From: Kiritimatiellia bacterium
GTDB taxonomy: Bacteria; Verrucomicrobiota; Kiritimatiellia; RFP12; UBA1067
Reading direction: 5' to 3'
Length of the DNA: 50,067 nucleotides
NCBI GenBank assembly: GCA_050949565.1
Contig: JBMNFY010000013.1
Span: forward strand, 1-50,067
The translations under genes and the position numbers were made by a program. The notes beneath the pieces were generated by a model. The model was not told the origin of the DNA. It worked only from the letters and a program-made list of their open reading frames with translations, and searched no databases. Shown here piece after piece: positions 40,176 to 50,067 of this stretch. Every line of letters starts with the position of its first letter. The stretch's first letter is position 1.

Positions 40176-40790
40176 TCAACGCGCGAAAAGGCGCATGCCG
40201 ATCGTCGCCGCATGACGCCCTTGCAGGCGGGCCGTCTCAAGCTCGATCGACGAGGGCTGTCGTGAACCGTCCGAACCGGCAATGGTCGTGGCGCCGTAGG
40301 GCGTGCCACCGCTGATCGCGTCGCCCACATGCAATCCGGGTGCCGTGGGCGGCACGCCCACCACCACCATGCCGAGACCGAACAGTACCGTGTGGAAACT
40401 CAGCAGCGTCGCCTCGTGACCGCAGTGCTGGCTGTTGGTCGAACCGAAGACACCGCCCAGTTTGCCGACCAGAACGCCACGCGCCCACAGGCCGCCGGTC
40501 TGATCGATGAACTGCTTCATCTGCGCGGCCATCATGCCGTAACGCGTCGGCGCGCCGAACAGGATCACATCCGCCTCTTCGAGTTGGGCCACCCGCGCTA
40601 CCGGAATATGCGCGAACTGGGCGCGCGCTTCCAAGGCACCGCTGGCCGCCAGCGACTCTTCCGAAACCAACTCCTCGACCTGCCACAACGAGACCTTGGC
40701 ACCCTGCACCTCGCCGGCGCCTTCCGCCATCGCCTCGGCCATCTGCCAAACGTGACCGTACATGCTGTAAAAAATGACTTGGACGTTCAT
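40176..40790 (-). CDS. wrbA: NAD(P)H:quinone oxidoreductase WrbA
   Basis: FYSMYGHV, GAPTRYGMMAAQMK, DQTGGLW, GGTPYGATTIAGSDGSRQPS. Confidence 0.95.
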   Translation of the reverse strand: MNVQVIFYSMYGHVWQMAEAMAEGAGEVQGAKVSLWQVEELVSEESLAASGALEARAQFAHIPVARVAQLEEADVILFGAPTRYGMMAAQMKQFIDQTGGLWARGVLVGKLGGVFGSTNSQHCGHEATLLSFHTVLFGLGMVVVGVPPTAPGLHVGDAISGGTPYGATTIAGSDGSRQPSSIELETARLQGRHAATIGMRLFAR

Positions 40791-40976
40791 GCTCAATCTC
40801 CTTGTTTTCGCTTGAGATTCAGACTGTTCTCACACACCCATAACCGACGCCGCGAACTGTAAACAGCCCCGGATGAGATTGCAAGCGCAAAGCGTTGACT
40901 TTGCAGGGCTACTCGTCTACCGTGATGTCATCTGCTGGACGGTTGCTGTCCGGTTGAAAAACAAGGGGGAAACGAG

Positions 40977-43772
40977 ATGATGCGTGTTATAGGATTCGCG
41001 GCGGGAATTGTGGCGAGTGCGTGGATTGCTGGAGCTGCGGATATCCACGTAGCGCCGTCGGGGGCCGATAGCCATGTCGGCAGCGAGGCGGCACCGGTCC
41101 AGACGTTGGAAAAGGCGCGTGACCTCGCACGGGCTGCACGACAGGCCGAGCCCAATGCGGCCATCACGATCTGGCTGCATCCGGGCATCCACCGCGTGAC
41201 GCGAACGGTTGCCTTCACCGCGCAGGATGCGGGAACAGCGGCGGCACCGCTGACCATCGCGGCGCGACGCGATCCTGCCGCGCCCGATGCACGGGCCGTG
41301 CTGGCGGGCGGTACGGTGGTGACCGGCTGGACGCGCGGCACGTTCAACGGACGCGATGTGTTTGTGACGGATCTCGCACCGCTGAACCTGAAGGCTCAGT
41401 TCCGACAACTCTACCTGAACGGCCGTCGCCTGACGTGGGCGCGTTATCCGAATGAAGACCCCGCGCTGCCGTATTCAGGCGGCTGGGCATACGTTGACGG
41501 CAAACGCCCGCCGATGTATCAGGATATCGAGGGCGAACGTACCGATATCGTGGTGTTGCGGGCACAAGACGCGCGCACATGGTCGAACCCGCAGGAGGGC
41601 GAGTTGTGCATCTTCCCGCGCTACAACTGGTGGAACCGTATCGAGCGGATCAAGGCGTATGATCCGGCGACGCGCACCTTCACCCTGCACAACAAGATGC
41701 AGTACGCCGCGCGCCCCGAGGACCGCTTCTGCCTGATGGGGTTGCGGGAGGAGTTGGACGCACCCGGCGAGTGGTGGCAAGATGTCGCCAACCAGAAGCT
41801 CTACTTGATCCCGCCGACGGGCGCGGACCTCACACGTGACACGGTGACCGTGCCGACCGTCAATGACATCTTGACCTTCCACCAGACGCACCATGTGCGC
41901 GTCCGGGGACTTGAGCTGACCTGCGCCGAGCAACATGCGTTGCGCTTTACCGAGTGCGAACATGCTGTCATCGAAGCGTGCTTGATCCATGATCTGGGCT
42001 ACTTCCACGGCTCAGCGGTGGCATTCAATAAGGGGCGCGCCTGCGCGGTGCGCGGTTGCGATATTTGGAACATCGGCGGACACGGCGTTTCGGTACACGG
42101 CGGCGACAAGCTGAAGATGGAGCGCTGCGAGCATGAAGTTGTCAACTGCTACATCCACCACGTCGGTCAATTCAACCGGCACGGGATCGGCGTGATGCTC
42201 GGCGGCGTCGGTATCCGCGTTGCGCATAACCTGATCCACGATATGCCGCGCTGTGGCATCTTTCACGGCGGCGCACTCAACACGCTGGAGTATAACCGCA
42301 TCCGTCACTGCAACCTGGAAATGGAAGACACCGGCTGCACCTACACCGGCGGCTGGTGCGGCGGCTGGCAGACGATCCGCTACAACCACTGCACCGACAG
42401 CATCGGTTTCAACAACCACGGTAAGTTTTTCGTTTTCGCCTGGGGCATCTACTTGGACGAGAGCGGCTGCGGCAACGACGTATACGGCAACGTCGTCGAG
42501 CGCTGTCAAGTTGGTGCGATGCACCTGCACAACGCGCGCGAAAGCCACATCTACAACAACATTTTCGCGCATAACGCAGGTCCCGAAGGCAAGACGCATC
42601 AACTCTCGCTGCAAACGTGGAACAATTCGCCGCAGGGGGTGTTTCTGCGCGACCGCCAGCCGCCATCAATCAAGGACTACGAACGGCTGATGACCAATCC
42701 GGCGTGGGCCGAGATGCGCGGCATGCATGTGTCGCCGAGGGATCCGTTTTTACCGGACGGCACCGTCATGCGCGGCAATCGTATCACGCGCAACATCTTC
42801 TACTACCCGAATCAGCCGAACTCCACCTACGTGCGCGAGAACGGCGTGAATCTCGAATACAACATCATCAACTCGAACCTCGTTTGGAACGGCGGTAGCG
42901 TACCGATCAAGACAGGCCGACAGGGTGTGAAGCAGGCGCTGGGCGATCTGACCGCAGCGATTCCGAACGTCGCTTTCACGCGCCGCCTGACACCGGAGGA
43001 GTTGGAGAAAGACCCCAACCGTACGGTAGCGGCCGACTGGTTCTGGTACCACAAAACGCTACCGGACCTGAAGGCCGAGGTGCTGGAGAAGGATGGCAAG
43101 TGTACGTTGCGGTTGCCGGGTGCGTTCAACGCCGAACAGCGCTACATCAAAAACACCTGCATCCGTTCCGCGCCGTTTGAACTGGCCCCCGGCAAGCACT
43201 ATCGGCTCTCGTTCCAGTTGCGCCACGAAGCGGCGACCGGTGCCCTGATCGCGCGCTTTGTATGTGAGAACAAAGGGCTGTGGAAGGCCTTCGGTGCGCG
43301 TCATTTCTTGCGGCGCTACGACATGTCGGATGTTAGCACTGCATCGGTGGCCTACCCCTGCGAGACCTCCTTTTATCTGCCGAAACCCGGCGAGGCCGAC
43401 TACGACGAGCGGGTGACGGCGCTCTCGCTGCAGTTCGAATTTAAGTCGGCCCAAGGGGCGGTCGAAATCAGCGACCTACGCTTGGAAGAGATACAGCCGG
43501 CCACCGAGTGGGAGGCATGGCAGATGGCGGGCGCCGATACCGCATCGCTCGTGGCCGATCCGCTTTTCGTGGATGCCGCTAAAGGCGATTTCCGGCTCAA
43601 GCCCGACTCGCCGGCCTTGCGCCTAGGCTTCGAACCGATCCCGTTCGAGCGGATCGGACCGTATGCGGATGCCGCCCGCGCGACCTGGCCGATTCAAGAG
43701 GCCGAGGGCGTGCGGGAGCACCCCGAGTGGCTCGTCTCCGTTCCGATTCCGCCGGCGACTACCGCAAAATGA
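40977..43772 (+). CDS. Secreted right-handed parallel beta-helix (pectin-lyase-like) protein with an inserted CBM-like domain
   Basis: HVAPSGADS...[15 protein letters not shown]...[37 protein letters not shown]...[18 protein letters not shown]. Confidence 0.85.
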   Translation: MMRVIGFAAGIVASAWIAGAADIHVAPSGADSHVGSEAAPVQTLEKARDLARAARQAEPNAAITIWLHPGIHRVTRTVAFTAQDAGTAAAPLTIAARRDPAAPDARAVLAGGTVVTGWTRGTFNGRDVFVTDLAPLNLKAQFRQLYLNGRRLTWARYPNEDPALPYSGGWAYVDGKRPPMYQDIEGERTDIVVLRAQDARTWSNPQEGELCIFPRYNWWNRIERIKAYDPATRTFTLHNKMQYAARPEDRFCLMGLREELDAPGEWWQDVANQKLYLIPPTGADLTRDTVTVPTVNDILTFHQTHHVRVRGLELTCAEQHALRFTECEHAVIEACLIHDLGYFHGSAVAFNKGRACAVRGCDIWNIGGHGVSVHGGDKLKMERCEHEVVNCYIHHVGQFNRHGIGVMLGGVGIRVAHNLIHDMPRCGIFHGGALNTLEYNRIRHCNLEMEDTGCTYTGGWCGGWQTIRYNHCTDSIGFNNHGKFFVFAWGIYLDESGCGNDVYGNVVERCQVGAMHLHNARESHIYNNIFAHNAGPEGKTHQLSLQTWNNSPQGVFLRDRQPPSIKDYERLMTNPAWAEMRGMHVSPRDPFLPDGTVMRGNRITRNIFYYPNQPNSTYVRENGVNLEYNIINSNLVWNGGSVPIKTGRQGVKQALGDLTAAIPNVAFTRRLTPEELEKDPNRTVAADWFWYHKTLPDLKAEVLEKDGKCTLRLPGAFNAEQRYIKNTCIRSAPFELAPGKHYRLSFQLRHEAATGALIARFVCENKGLWKAFGARHFLRRYDMSDVSTASVAYPCETSFYLPKPGEADYDERVTALSLQFEFKSAQGAVEISDLRLEEIQPATEWEAWQMAGADTASLVADPLFVDAAKGDFRLKPDSPALRLGFEPIPFERIGPYADAARATWPIQEAEGVREHPEWLVSVPIPPATTAK

Positions 43773-43778
43773 ACAAGT

Positions 43779-46700
43779 TTACTCCAAGATAAACAACATG
43801 CCGCGCGGCGTGAAGAAGTAGATCTTGGTGCGATCATCGCTGTAGCGCAGACTGGCGTTTTTCGCACCCTCGATGGTCCAGCCGCTCAGGTCGTCCGGGC
43901 CGTTGATCGCGGTCGTCGCGGCGATCAGCGGTCTCTTGGCGGGCGGCTTCAGTTCCGGCGTGAGCGAGGAAACCTGCACCAGGCCGTTGGTCGGCATGTT
44001 CACCGTGCCCGCGACGGTGATGGTATCGAACGCGCCGCCGTCGGCATAGCGCCAAGCGATGTTGGCGCCGGGCGCGAGTGTCAGGTCGCCTCCCACCGCC
44101 AGCGTGCCGCACACGGCGGCGGTGCCTGCCTGTAACCAAGCGTTGCTGGCCACGCTGACCGAACCGCCCATCTGGCCGTGGCCGAAGAGTGTCGCACCAG
44201 CCAGTACGTTGACCGGGCCGGTGGTGATGCGTCCGCCTTCGGCCACACCGCACGCACCGCCGCTGACGGTCAGCGCACCGGTGGCGTCGCCGACGCCGGT
44301 AACGGTGAATACGCCCGCGCCGCTCTTGATCAGGCCGCCGTTGCCGGTCACCGTGCCGCTGAACACGCAGTCATCTGCGAGGGCAAGCGTGGTGGCCCCC
44401 GGCGTGCCGTCACCCGACTCTTCATTGGTGAACGCATACAGGTGGTACGAGTCCCCCACCGTGTGGGTGATGGTGATCGACAGTTCGCCAGTTGCAGCCA
44501 GATAGCGGTATCCGAGATAGTTCGGCGGTGCATCTGGAACATCAAAGTCATACGTCACAGAGTGGCTGATCGGCCCGGCACCGTCCGGGTCAAAGATAAG
44601 CGTCTGCGTTCGATTGCACGTCGGATCCCAAGTACGATTATAGAGGCGTACCTCATACCATTTGCCGGGGGTCAAGCCCGTCAGTTTAAAGGTCTGACCG
44701 CTCGGCAGGCTGTAGTTCATGCCGTAAAGCAGGTTGAAGACAGCATTGTCATTGCCCAAACCGACACTGCTAGCTCTCTCGCCGCCATGGGTGCTGGGCG
44801 GTGCGTTAACCCAACCGTAGCCATTGATCACGCCGCTGGGCGCGTTGGTTCTCGTGAACGAGACGCCGTTGACGATCGTCGGCGCGCCGTTGCCGCCGAA
44901 GTCGATGGCGTGGGTATAGACCTTGGTCGGCGAGATCCCGCATCCAGCATCGTTGGTGAAGGTCACGAAATAGGGCGCGGTGTTGGTGGGATAGATCCCG
45001 CCACCCTGAAGATCGAGCACCCCTGTGCCCGTGAGGCCGCCGAGGGTAACATCACCCGCCGGAATTGCGAGGGTTCCGCCGACATCAACGGCCACGCCCG
45101 CCAGCACAGACGCACCGGGCTCCAGCGCCGCCGTGCCCGCCGTAACCGTAAGCGGCGTGGCAAGCGTGCTAGCCCCGCTGAAGCGCTGCGTGCCGGCTCC
45201 AGCCACAGTCAACTCGCCCAAACCGACAACACTGCCGCCAAAGGTCGCGTTCTGGCCGACGACCGGCGCCACAGTCAGCTTGGCTGCATTCATGCCACCC
45301 AACGCCTCATTTGAAAGGCCGTAGAGGTGGCAGGTGTGGGCCGTTTCGTGTGAGATTATGTTAACGGTGATGCTCTTGCTCGCGTCAGCCACATAACGGC
45401 AACCGACGATGCTGCGGGGCACGGAGTCTGGATTGTGGTTGAGGGTGCCGATCAGCCGCGCTCCGGCCGAGAACGTGAAGGTCAGGCGGCGCGGATTGTT
45501 GTTGAAGTTGCGGAAGTACAGGCGCAGGTCATACGCCTGGCCCTCGGTAAGACCCTCGAGATGGAAGGTGAAGTTGGTTGATCCGTAAGCGAAATCCCAC
45601 AACAGGCTGTCAATGCCACTGCGCGTAGCATCATTCGGATTGTCGTTCCATGCGCCGCCCGGCAGGGTGCCGCTGCAGCTACCTTGGTTGTCGAACAGGA
45701 CGCCGTTGACGGTCGGCTTGTAGGTGTTGAGCGGGAAGTCCAGCAGGTGCGTGTACGTGCTGTCGGTCGAGATCCCGCAGTCCTCGTCGCCGATGAAGGG
45801 TATCATGTAGACGTGGCCGCCGATGGCAAGTGTGCCGTTACCCGAGAGCGCGCCGACGGTCTCTGTCGCGGCGAGGGCCAGCGTCGCACCTTGACATACG
45901 TTGAGGCGCGATGCATCACCGACCTGTTCGTGCGCGTCGAGAGCCAGGATGCCACCCTGCACATCGAGGCCGCCCGCAAAGGCGTTGGGCGCACCACTGC
46001 TAGACAGGCTGAAATGCCCGGTGGCGGATTTGGCGAACAAGCTCCCGCTCACCCCGCTGAGAGTGCCGCGCCACGTCTCAAATCCACCGGCTTGCGCCGT
46101 GCGCCACATGCTGTCCGGCGCGGCCAACGAGAGCGCACCGCTGCCGGACAGGCGCGAGGCCTGCGCATAGGGCGTGAGCCATGAAGAGGGCACAAGCTGC
46201 GCCGTGCCCTGACTGGGACAGCGCACGCGCAGGCGAATGCCGCCACCGCCGGTCAGTTGGAAATAGCCGAGCACGATGTCGTGACGGCCCGCATCAAGCG
46301 TGATCGTTCCTTCGATCCAGGCACTTGAGTGGTAGTTGCGGGACAGAACCTGCCGACCGTTGATGGCGAGCAGGACGCCGTCGTCGCACTGCACGCCGAA
46401 GGTGTAGGTGCCGTTTTCCGGCAACGTGATAACGCCGCGCCACACCACCTCAAAATGATGAGCACGACTGCCGCCGTTATGGTAGGGTGCCGGGAAGGTA
46501 TAGGTGGATCCGACTCCGAAGTCAAACCGTTCGCCAGATGCGCTGCTCGGGAACACCAGATCCGGAACCATCGCGGCGAAGTGACTCTCCATACCGGCCA
46601 GTGTCCAGAAGGCATTGGTGTTGGGCGCAACGCTGTAGTAATACCCCATGAGTCCGCTCGTTGCCGGCGCGTTGATCGCGAGCGCGCCGGATGCGGGCAC

Positions 46701-49700
46701 CTGGACCGAAGCGGGCGTTACGAAGGCGTGCAAGGCGAGCGTACCGGCATCGGCCGACACTTTTCCGGCGAACGGGGAGTAGGGGTGTGATAGATACAGT
46801 GCGCCGGCACCAAGTTTGTCGAGCGTTGCGTTGGCATCGCCCGTAAACGAACCGGCAAAAGTCGCGTCGGCGGCCTGATTGATCGTCAGTGCGGGCGCAT
46901 CGCCGGTCAGCGCCACGACGGACGATGACGCGCCGCTCAGGGTGCCGATGGCGGCGTTGGTGGTGGCGCGTACGCGCAGCATGGTGGCGTCGGCCAGATC
47001 GACTGCACCGTCGAGTGTGGCATTGCCCTGCAACTCAAGCGTGCCCTGCGCAAGCGTGAGCGCGGCGGCGACGGTGGCGTCGGGACCGAGCGCCAGTTGC
47101 GCGTCATCTGCGGTCGTGACGTTCAGCCCGTCCGGGGCGTTGAGCGCGGTATTCAGCGTGTGCGCGCCCGCGGACACGGAAACGGTCGAAGGGTCTCCGG
47201 CATCGGCAAAGGTCAGCCCGCCGCTGCCTCCAAGGGTGTAGCCGTAGGCAGCGTTGTTGAAGGTCAGCCCGCCAACGGTATAGCCCGCGCCGGTATCGAT
47301 CGTCGCGTGATTGGTGATGGCAAGGCCGAAGAGCGGCACGAGGCCCGCGCCGTTCGGCGCTGTGCCGCCGTCCCAGTTCGCACCGGCAGCCCATGCGCCG
47401 CCTTCCGGATGTATCCAAACAGCGGCGATGCCGCCCGACGCGCCGGTGATGGTGAGGGTCACGCGGCGGTTGACGGTGTCATTGGCAAAGGCATAGCTCG
47501 CGCCGTCCTGCGGGTTGCCGACCGACAGCAACGCCGCGTCACCGTCGAGCGTACCCTGGTAGGTGAAGAGCGTGTAGGTGCCGGGTTCGGCGAAGGGCTG
47601 CCCGGTTCCGGCGTAGAACAGGTTGACCACGGTGTTGCTGAGCGTCAGGCCGTCCGTGGCGGTCACGCGGAGAATGTCGTTGACGCCGGCGCCGAAGTCG
47701 ACGTCCAACGCCGCCGGTGCGTCGGGGTCACCGAGAGCCAGCGAAGCGAGAGTCTGGTCGCGCACGATACCGGTCGCGAAGCGCAGGGCGCGGCCGCGAA
47801 GGGCGAGCGACGCGGTGGACGGGAAGTCGCCCTCAATACGCAGGGCGGCAAGACCCGAAAACGCAGGCGCGAACGTCCCCGTGAAGTCGGGGGCGAGGCA
47901 AACGGAATTGAGCGTGAGGATACCGTCGGCCGGGCCGGAGAACGCGATATTGCGATGCAGCGTGAGGGTGCCCGCGAACATGGCCGATCCGGCCGTCATG
48001 CCGAGCGTCACGCTGGCACCTGCGTTGGCAACCTCGATATCGTGACCGATCCAGCGGCCATCACCGGCCGCGATCAGCGCGAGCGCGTCGGAAGGGGCGG
48101 TGCCGCTGTCGCCGATGAGCACGGCATTGGTCAGTAGGTTGTAGCCCAGTGAACCGCCAGTACCGGCGTAGGTACGCCCGTTGAAGGGGTTGGACCAGTT
48201 GGCCAATGTGCCCCAGTCGTCTTCGGCGAGAACCAGTGTGCCGTTGCGCAACGTGGTACGTCCGCGGTAGGCACGGTTTTTGTCGGTGTCGGCGCCTGCG
48301 GAACGGATTTCGAGCGTGCCGGGGCCAGCCTTGACGAGCGCGGTAGCGCTATAGCCGCGGCTGTTGTTGATGAGCAGCATCTGCTGAAGCGAGAGGGTAT
48401 CGCCGACACCGACATCGAAGAGCGCGGTATCACCGTAGCCGTAAGTCCAGTTCGAACAAGTCAGCGTCGTTCCTCCGCAACGGGTGGCGAAGATCGGGGT
48501 TCCCGAACCCAGCAGATTGATCGTGTTGCCGAACGTGAGACCGCCTTGCGTGAGACAGAGGGCCGCTGCCCTACCGCGCTGTGAGAAGAGATTGACCGTC
48601 AGGCTGGAGGGGAGCTGAGGGGTCTGTATGGCGCCGTCATAAACGATGGCCGAAGCCACGCGATTCGTGAAGGTAGGCAGGGTGACGGTGCCGGAGCCGG
48701 TTTTGTAGAATGTACCGTTGGAGGCAACCCCGAGTGGGTTCTCTTGGAAAGTCAACTGACCCGCCACGTCGAGGGTCAGTGTATGGCGCGCTTCGACCGG
48801 GGCCGTGACCGTCCAAGTACCGGGCGCTTGGAGCGAGATCTTAGGAGCCGCGCCGCTCGAACTGTTGGTAAGGACTACGGTGCCGCCCGAGAGCGTGACG
48901 ACACCGTCGGCGGCGATGCCCGAGGCCGCGAGACCGCGCGCGAGGAACTCGCCCGCGAGGTCGTTAGCGGAAGCGGCGCCGGTGGCCGAGGGGAAGCGGA
49001 CAAGGAGATCCCGGCCGCCACCCGCGACGGGTGCCACGCCGTCGGCCCAATGCGTCGCGTCGCTCCAAGAGCCGACGCCGCTCCAGGCATAGATGTTGGC
49101 GGGCGTGGCGCAGGCCAGGCTGCCGCTACCTGAAAAAACACCCGAGGCATGGGAAGCGTTGAACGTGCCGCTGGCGGCGGTGCCGTTGATCGCCACGTAG
49201 GCGATCGGTGTGGTCCCTGTGTGCTCCATGACCACGTTGGCAGCGTCCACGACCTTCAGGACCGAATCGCCGCCCAAGGCACGGCAGGGCTGCGCGCTGG
49301 AAGGCGCGGCGAAGCAGACGAGGTCGACCATGGTCGAGCGGTCGCCCCAGCCGTGTTCACCGCCGATGCCCAGTGTATGGCTGCCCGCGGTGAGCCAGAG
49401 CGCACCGCTGACAAAGCGTCCGGGGGCGGTCTGGGGGCTCCGATTGAGGAAGGTCGCGAACGGGATGCCGTCCAGCGTCAGATAAACCTGAGCTTCCCTG
49501 TTATCGCTGCGCATCAGATAGGAGAAGGCGATACTGTAGAGACCGTCAGCCGGGACCGTCACGGTCTGCGCTGCGGTACCGCCATACTGCAGAATCATCA
49601 TCTGGTCGCCGTCGGGAGAGGTGCCGGCCGCGTTCCAAGGGTTGTTGTAACCTGCGACAGACTTGGTGTTTTGTCGGCCGACGTAGTTTGGATAGACGAC

Positions 49701-50066
49701 GGTCCACCCGGAGGGAACGCTGTAACTCCAGCCCCCGCTCGACAGCGCGGGTGTCTCGAAGCTGCCGTTAACGATCAGATTCGCGCCGCTGTCCGGCTCG
49801 CCCAGCGTGACCAGCGACGCGCCAGCGGCGACCGCGATCTCCGCGTCTACGAAGAGCGATCCGGCGGCCAGCAGGCTGCCGCCCTGGACGCTCACGAGAC
49901 CAGCGCAACGCGCCAGCGCCAACGCCCCCGCGCCGCTCTTCGTCAGGCCGCCGGCCGTGCACAGGTCAGCGACAATGCTGTTGGTGGTGGCGGTCGCTGC
50001 CGTGAGCACACCCTCGACATACAGACGTCCCGCGCCCAGTAGCGTGTAGCCGTTGCCGGTGAAGGT
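43779..50066 (-). CDS. Large secreted/surface protein (5'-truncated by window edge), paralog of 2..4492
   Basis: Frame stays open to the window end. Same repeats, PA14 and duplicated domain, plus an NGSFETP carbohydrate-binding-like domain. Ends ...FFTPRGMLFILE*. Confidence 0.85.
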   Translation of the reverse strand, partial: TFTGNGYTLLGAGRLYVEGVLTAATATTNSIVADLCTAGGLTKSGAGALALARCAGLVSVQGGSLLAAGSLFVDAEIAVAAGASLVTLGEPDSGANLIVNGSFETPALSSGGWSYSVPSGWTVVYPNYVGRQNTKSVAGYNNPWNAAGTSPDGDQMMILQYGGTAAQTVTVPADGLYSIAFSYLMRSDNREAQVYLTLDGIPFATFLNRSPQTAPGRFVSGALWLTAGSHTLGIGGEHGWGDRSTMVDLVCFAAPSSAQPCRALGGDSVLKVVDAANVVMEHTGTTPIAYVAINGTAASGTFNASHASGVFSGSGSLACATPANIYAWSGVGSWSDATHWADGVAPVAGGGRDLLVRFPSATGAASANDLAGEFLARGLAASGIAADGVVTLSGGTVVLTNSSSGAAPKISLQAPGTWTVTAPVEARHTLTLDVAGQLTFQENPLGVASNGTFYKTGSGTVTLPTFTNRVASAIVYDGAIQTPQLPSSLTVNLFSQRGRAAALCLTQGGLTFGNTINLLGSGTPIFATRCGGTTLTCSNWTYGYGDTALFDVGVGDTLSLQQMLLINNSRGYSATALVKAGPGTLEIRSAGADTDKNRAYRGRTTLRNGTLVLAEDDWGTLANWSNPFNGRTYAGTGGSLGYNLLTNAVLIGDSGTAPSDALALIAAGDGRWIGHDIEVANAGASVTLGMTAGSAMFAGTLTLHRNIAFSGPADGILTLNSVCLAPDFTGTFAPAFSGLAALRIEGDFPSTASLALRGRALRFATGIVRDQTLASLALGDPDAPAALDVDFGAGVNDILRVTATDGLTLSNTVVNLFYAGTGQPFAEPGTYTLFTYQGTLDGDAALLSVGNPQDGASYAFANDTVNRRVTLTITGASGGIAAVWIHPEGGAWAAGANWDGGTAPNGAGLVPLFGLAITNHATIDTGAGYTVGGLTFNNAAYGYTLGGSGGLTFADAGDPSTVSVSAGAHTLNTALNAPDGLNVTTADDAQLALGPDATVAAALTLAQGTLELQGNATLDGAVDLADATMLRVRATTNAAIGTLSGASSSVVALTGDAPALTINQAADATFAGSFTGDANATLDKLGAGALYLSHPYSPFAGKVSADAGTLALHAFVTPASVQVPASGALAINAPATSGLMGYYYSVAPNTNAFWTLAGMESHFAAMVPDLVFPSSASGERFDFGVGSTYTFPAPYHNGGSRAHHFEVVWRGVITLPENGTYTFGVQCDDGVLLAINGRQVLSRNYHSSAWIEGTITLDAGRHDIVLGYFQLTGGGGIRLRVRCPSQGTAQLVPSSWLTPYAQASRLSGSGALSLAAPDSMWRTAQAGGFETWRGTLSGVSGSLFAKSATGHFSLSSSGAPNAFAGGLDVQGGILALDAHEQVGDASRLNVCQGATLALAATETVGALSGNGTLAIGGHVYMIPFIGDEDCGISTDSTYTHLLDFPLNTYKPTVNGVLFDNQGSCSGTLPGGAWNDNPNDATRSGIDSLLWDFAYGSTNFTFHLEGLTEGQAYDLRLYFRNFNNNPRRLTFTFSAGARLIGTLNHNPDSVPRSIVGCRYVADASKSITVNIISHETAHTCHLYGLSNEALGGMNAAKLTVAPVVGQNATFGGSVVGLGELTVAGAGTQRFSGASTLATPLTVTAGTAALEPGASVLAGVAVDVGGTLAIPAGDVTLGGLTGTGVLDLQGGGIYPTNTAPYFVTFTNDAGCGISPTKVYTHAIDFGGNGAPTIVNGVSFTRTNAPSGVINGYGWVNAPPSTHGGERASSVGLGNDNAVFNLLYGMNYSLPSGQTFKLTGLTPGKWYEVRLYNRTWDPTCNRTQTLIFDPDGAGPISHSVTYDFDVPDAPPNYLGYRYLAATGELSITITHTVGDSYHLYAFTNEESGDGTPGATTLALADDCVFSGTVTGNGGLIKSGAGVFTVTGVGDATGALTVSGGACGVAEGGRITTGPVNVLAGATLFGHGQMGGSVSVASNAWLQAGTAAVCGTLAVGGDLTLAPGANIAWRYADGGAFDTITVAGTVNMPTNGLVQVSSLTPELKPPAKRPLIAATTAINGPDDLSGWTIEGAKNASLRYSDDRTKIYFFTPRGMLFILE
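46932..47585. repeat. Long inverted-repeat arm shared with 644-1297
   Basis: Reciprocal of the previous feature. Confidence 0.9.
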
Positions 50067-50067
50067 G

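Noticed and set aside
40840-40900. Cobalamin riboswitch-like CCGCGAACTGTAA
   Set aside because: The other conserved elements (GGGAA, AGYCAGRAGACC B12 box) are absent and the flanking genes are unrelated to B12.

Overview
A GC-rich ~50 kb chromosomal window, most plausibly from a PVC-superphylum bacterium of the Kiritimatiellota/Lentisphaerota type (inferred from gene content, not proven). Both ends lie inside two very large paralogous surface-protein genes in inverted orientation (autotransporter-associated beta-strand repeats, PA14, no beta-barrel) that share long identical DNA blocks. Between them, in order: a secreted HExxH metallopeptidase followed by a tandemly duplicated gene pair; a HAD-PHP-tgt-yajC-secDF operon, with two inverted ~100 bp MITE/REP elements bracketing its HAD-PHP-tgt part, one of them fused into the tgt reading frame; a ~480 nt ORF-free, hairpin-rich segment with its own sigma70 promoter and intrinsic terminator (candidate large ncRNA); a lower-GC glycoside-hydrolase-like gene; NIPSNAP; an orphan rnfE; GH32; lolD and lolC/E; a TPR-TPR-ExbB-ExbD-ExbD-prenyltransferase-repeat cluster; a nitronate monooxygenase-family gene; a Whirly-like protein with an SSB-type acidic ...APF tail next to an XRE-HTH gene and a perfect palindrome; wrbA; and a beta-helix protein. 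No tRNA, rRNA, CRISPR array, integrase or transposase was seen. All family calls are by-eye motif recognition, not database searches.
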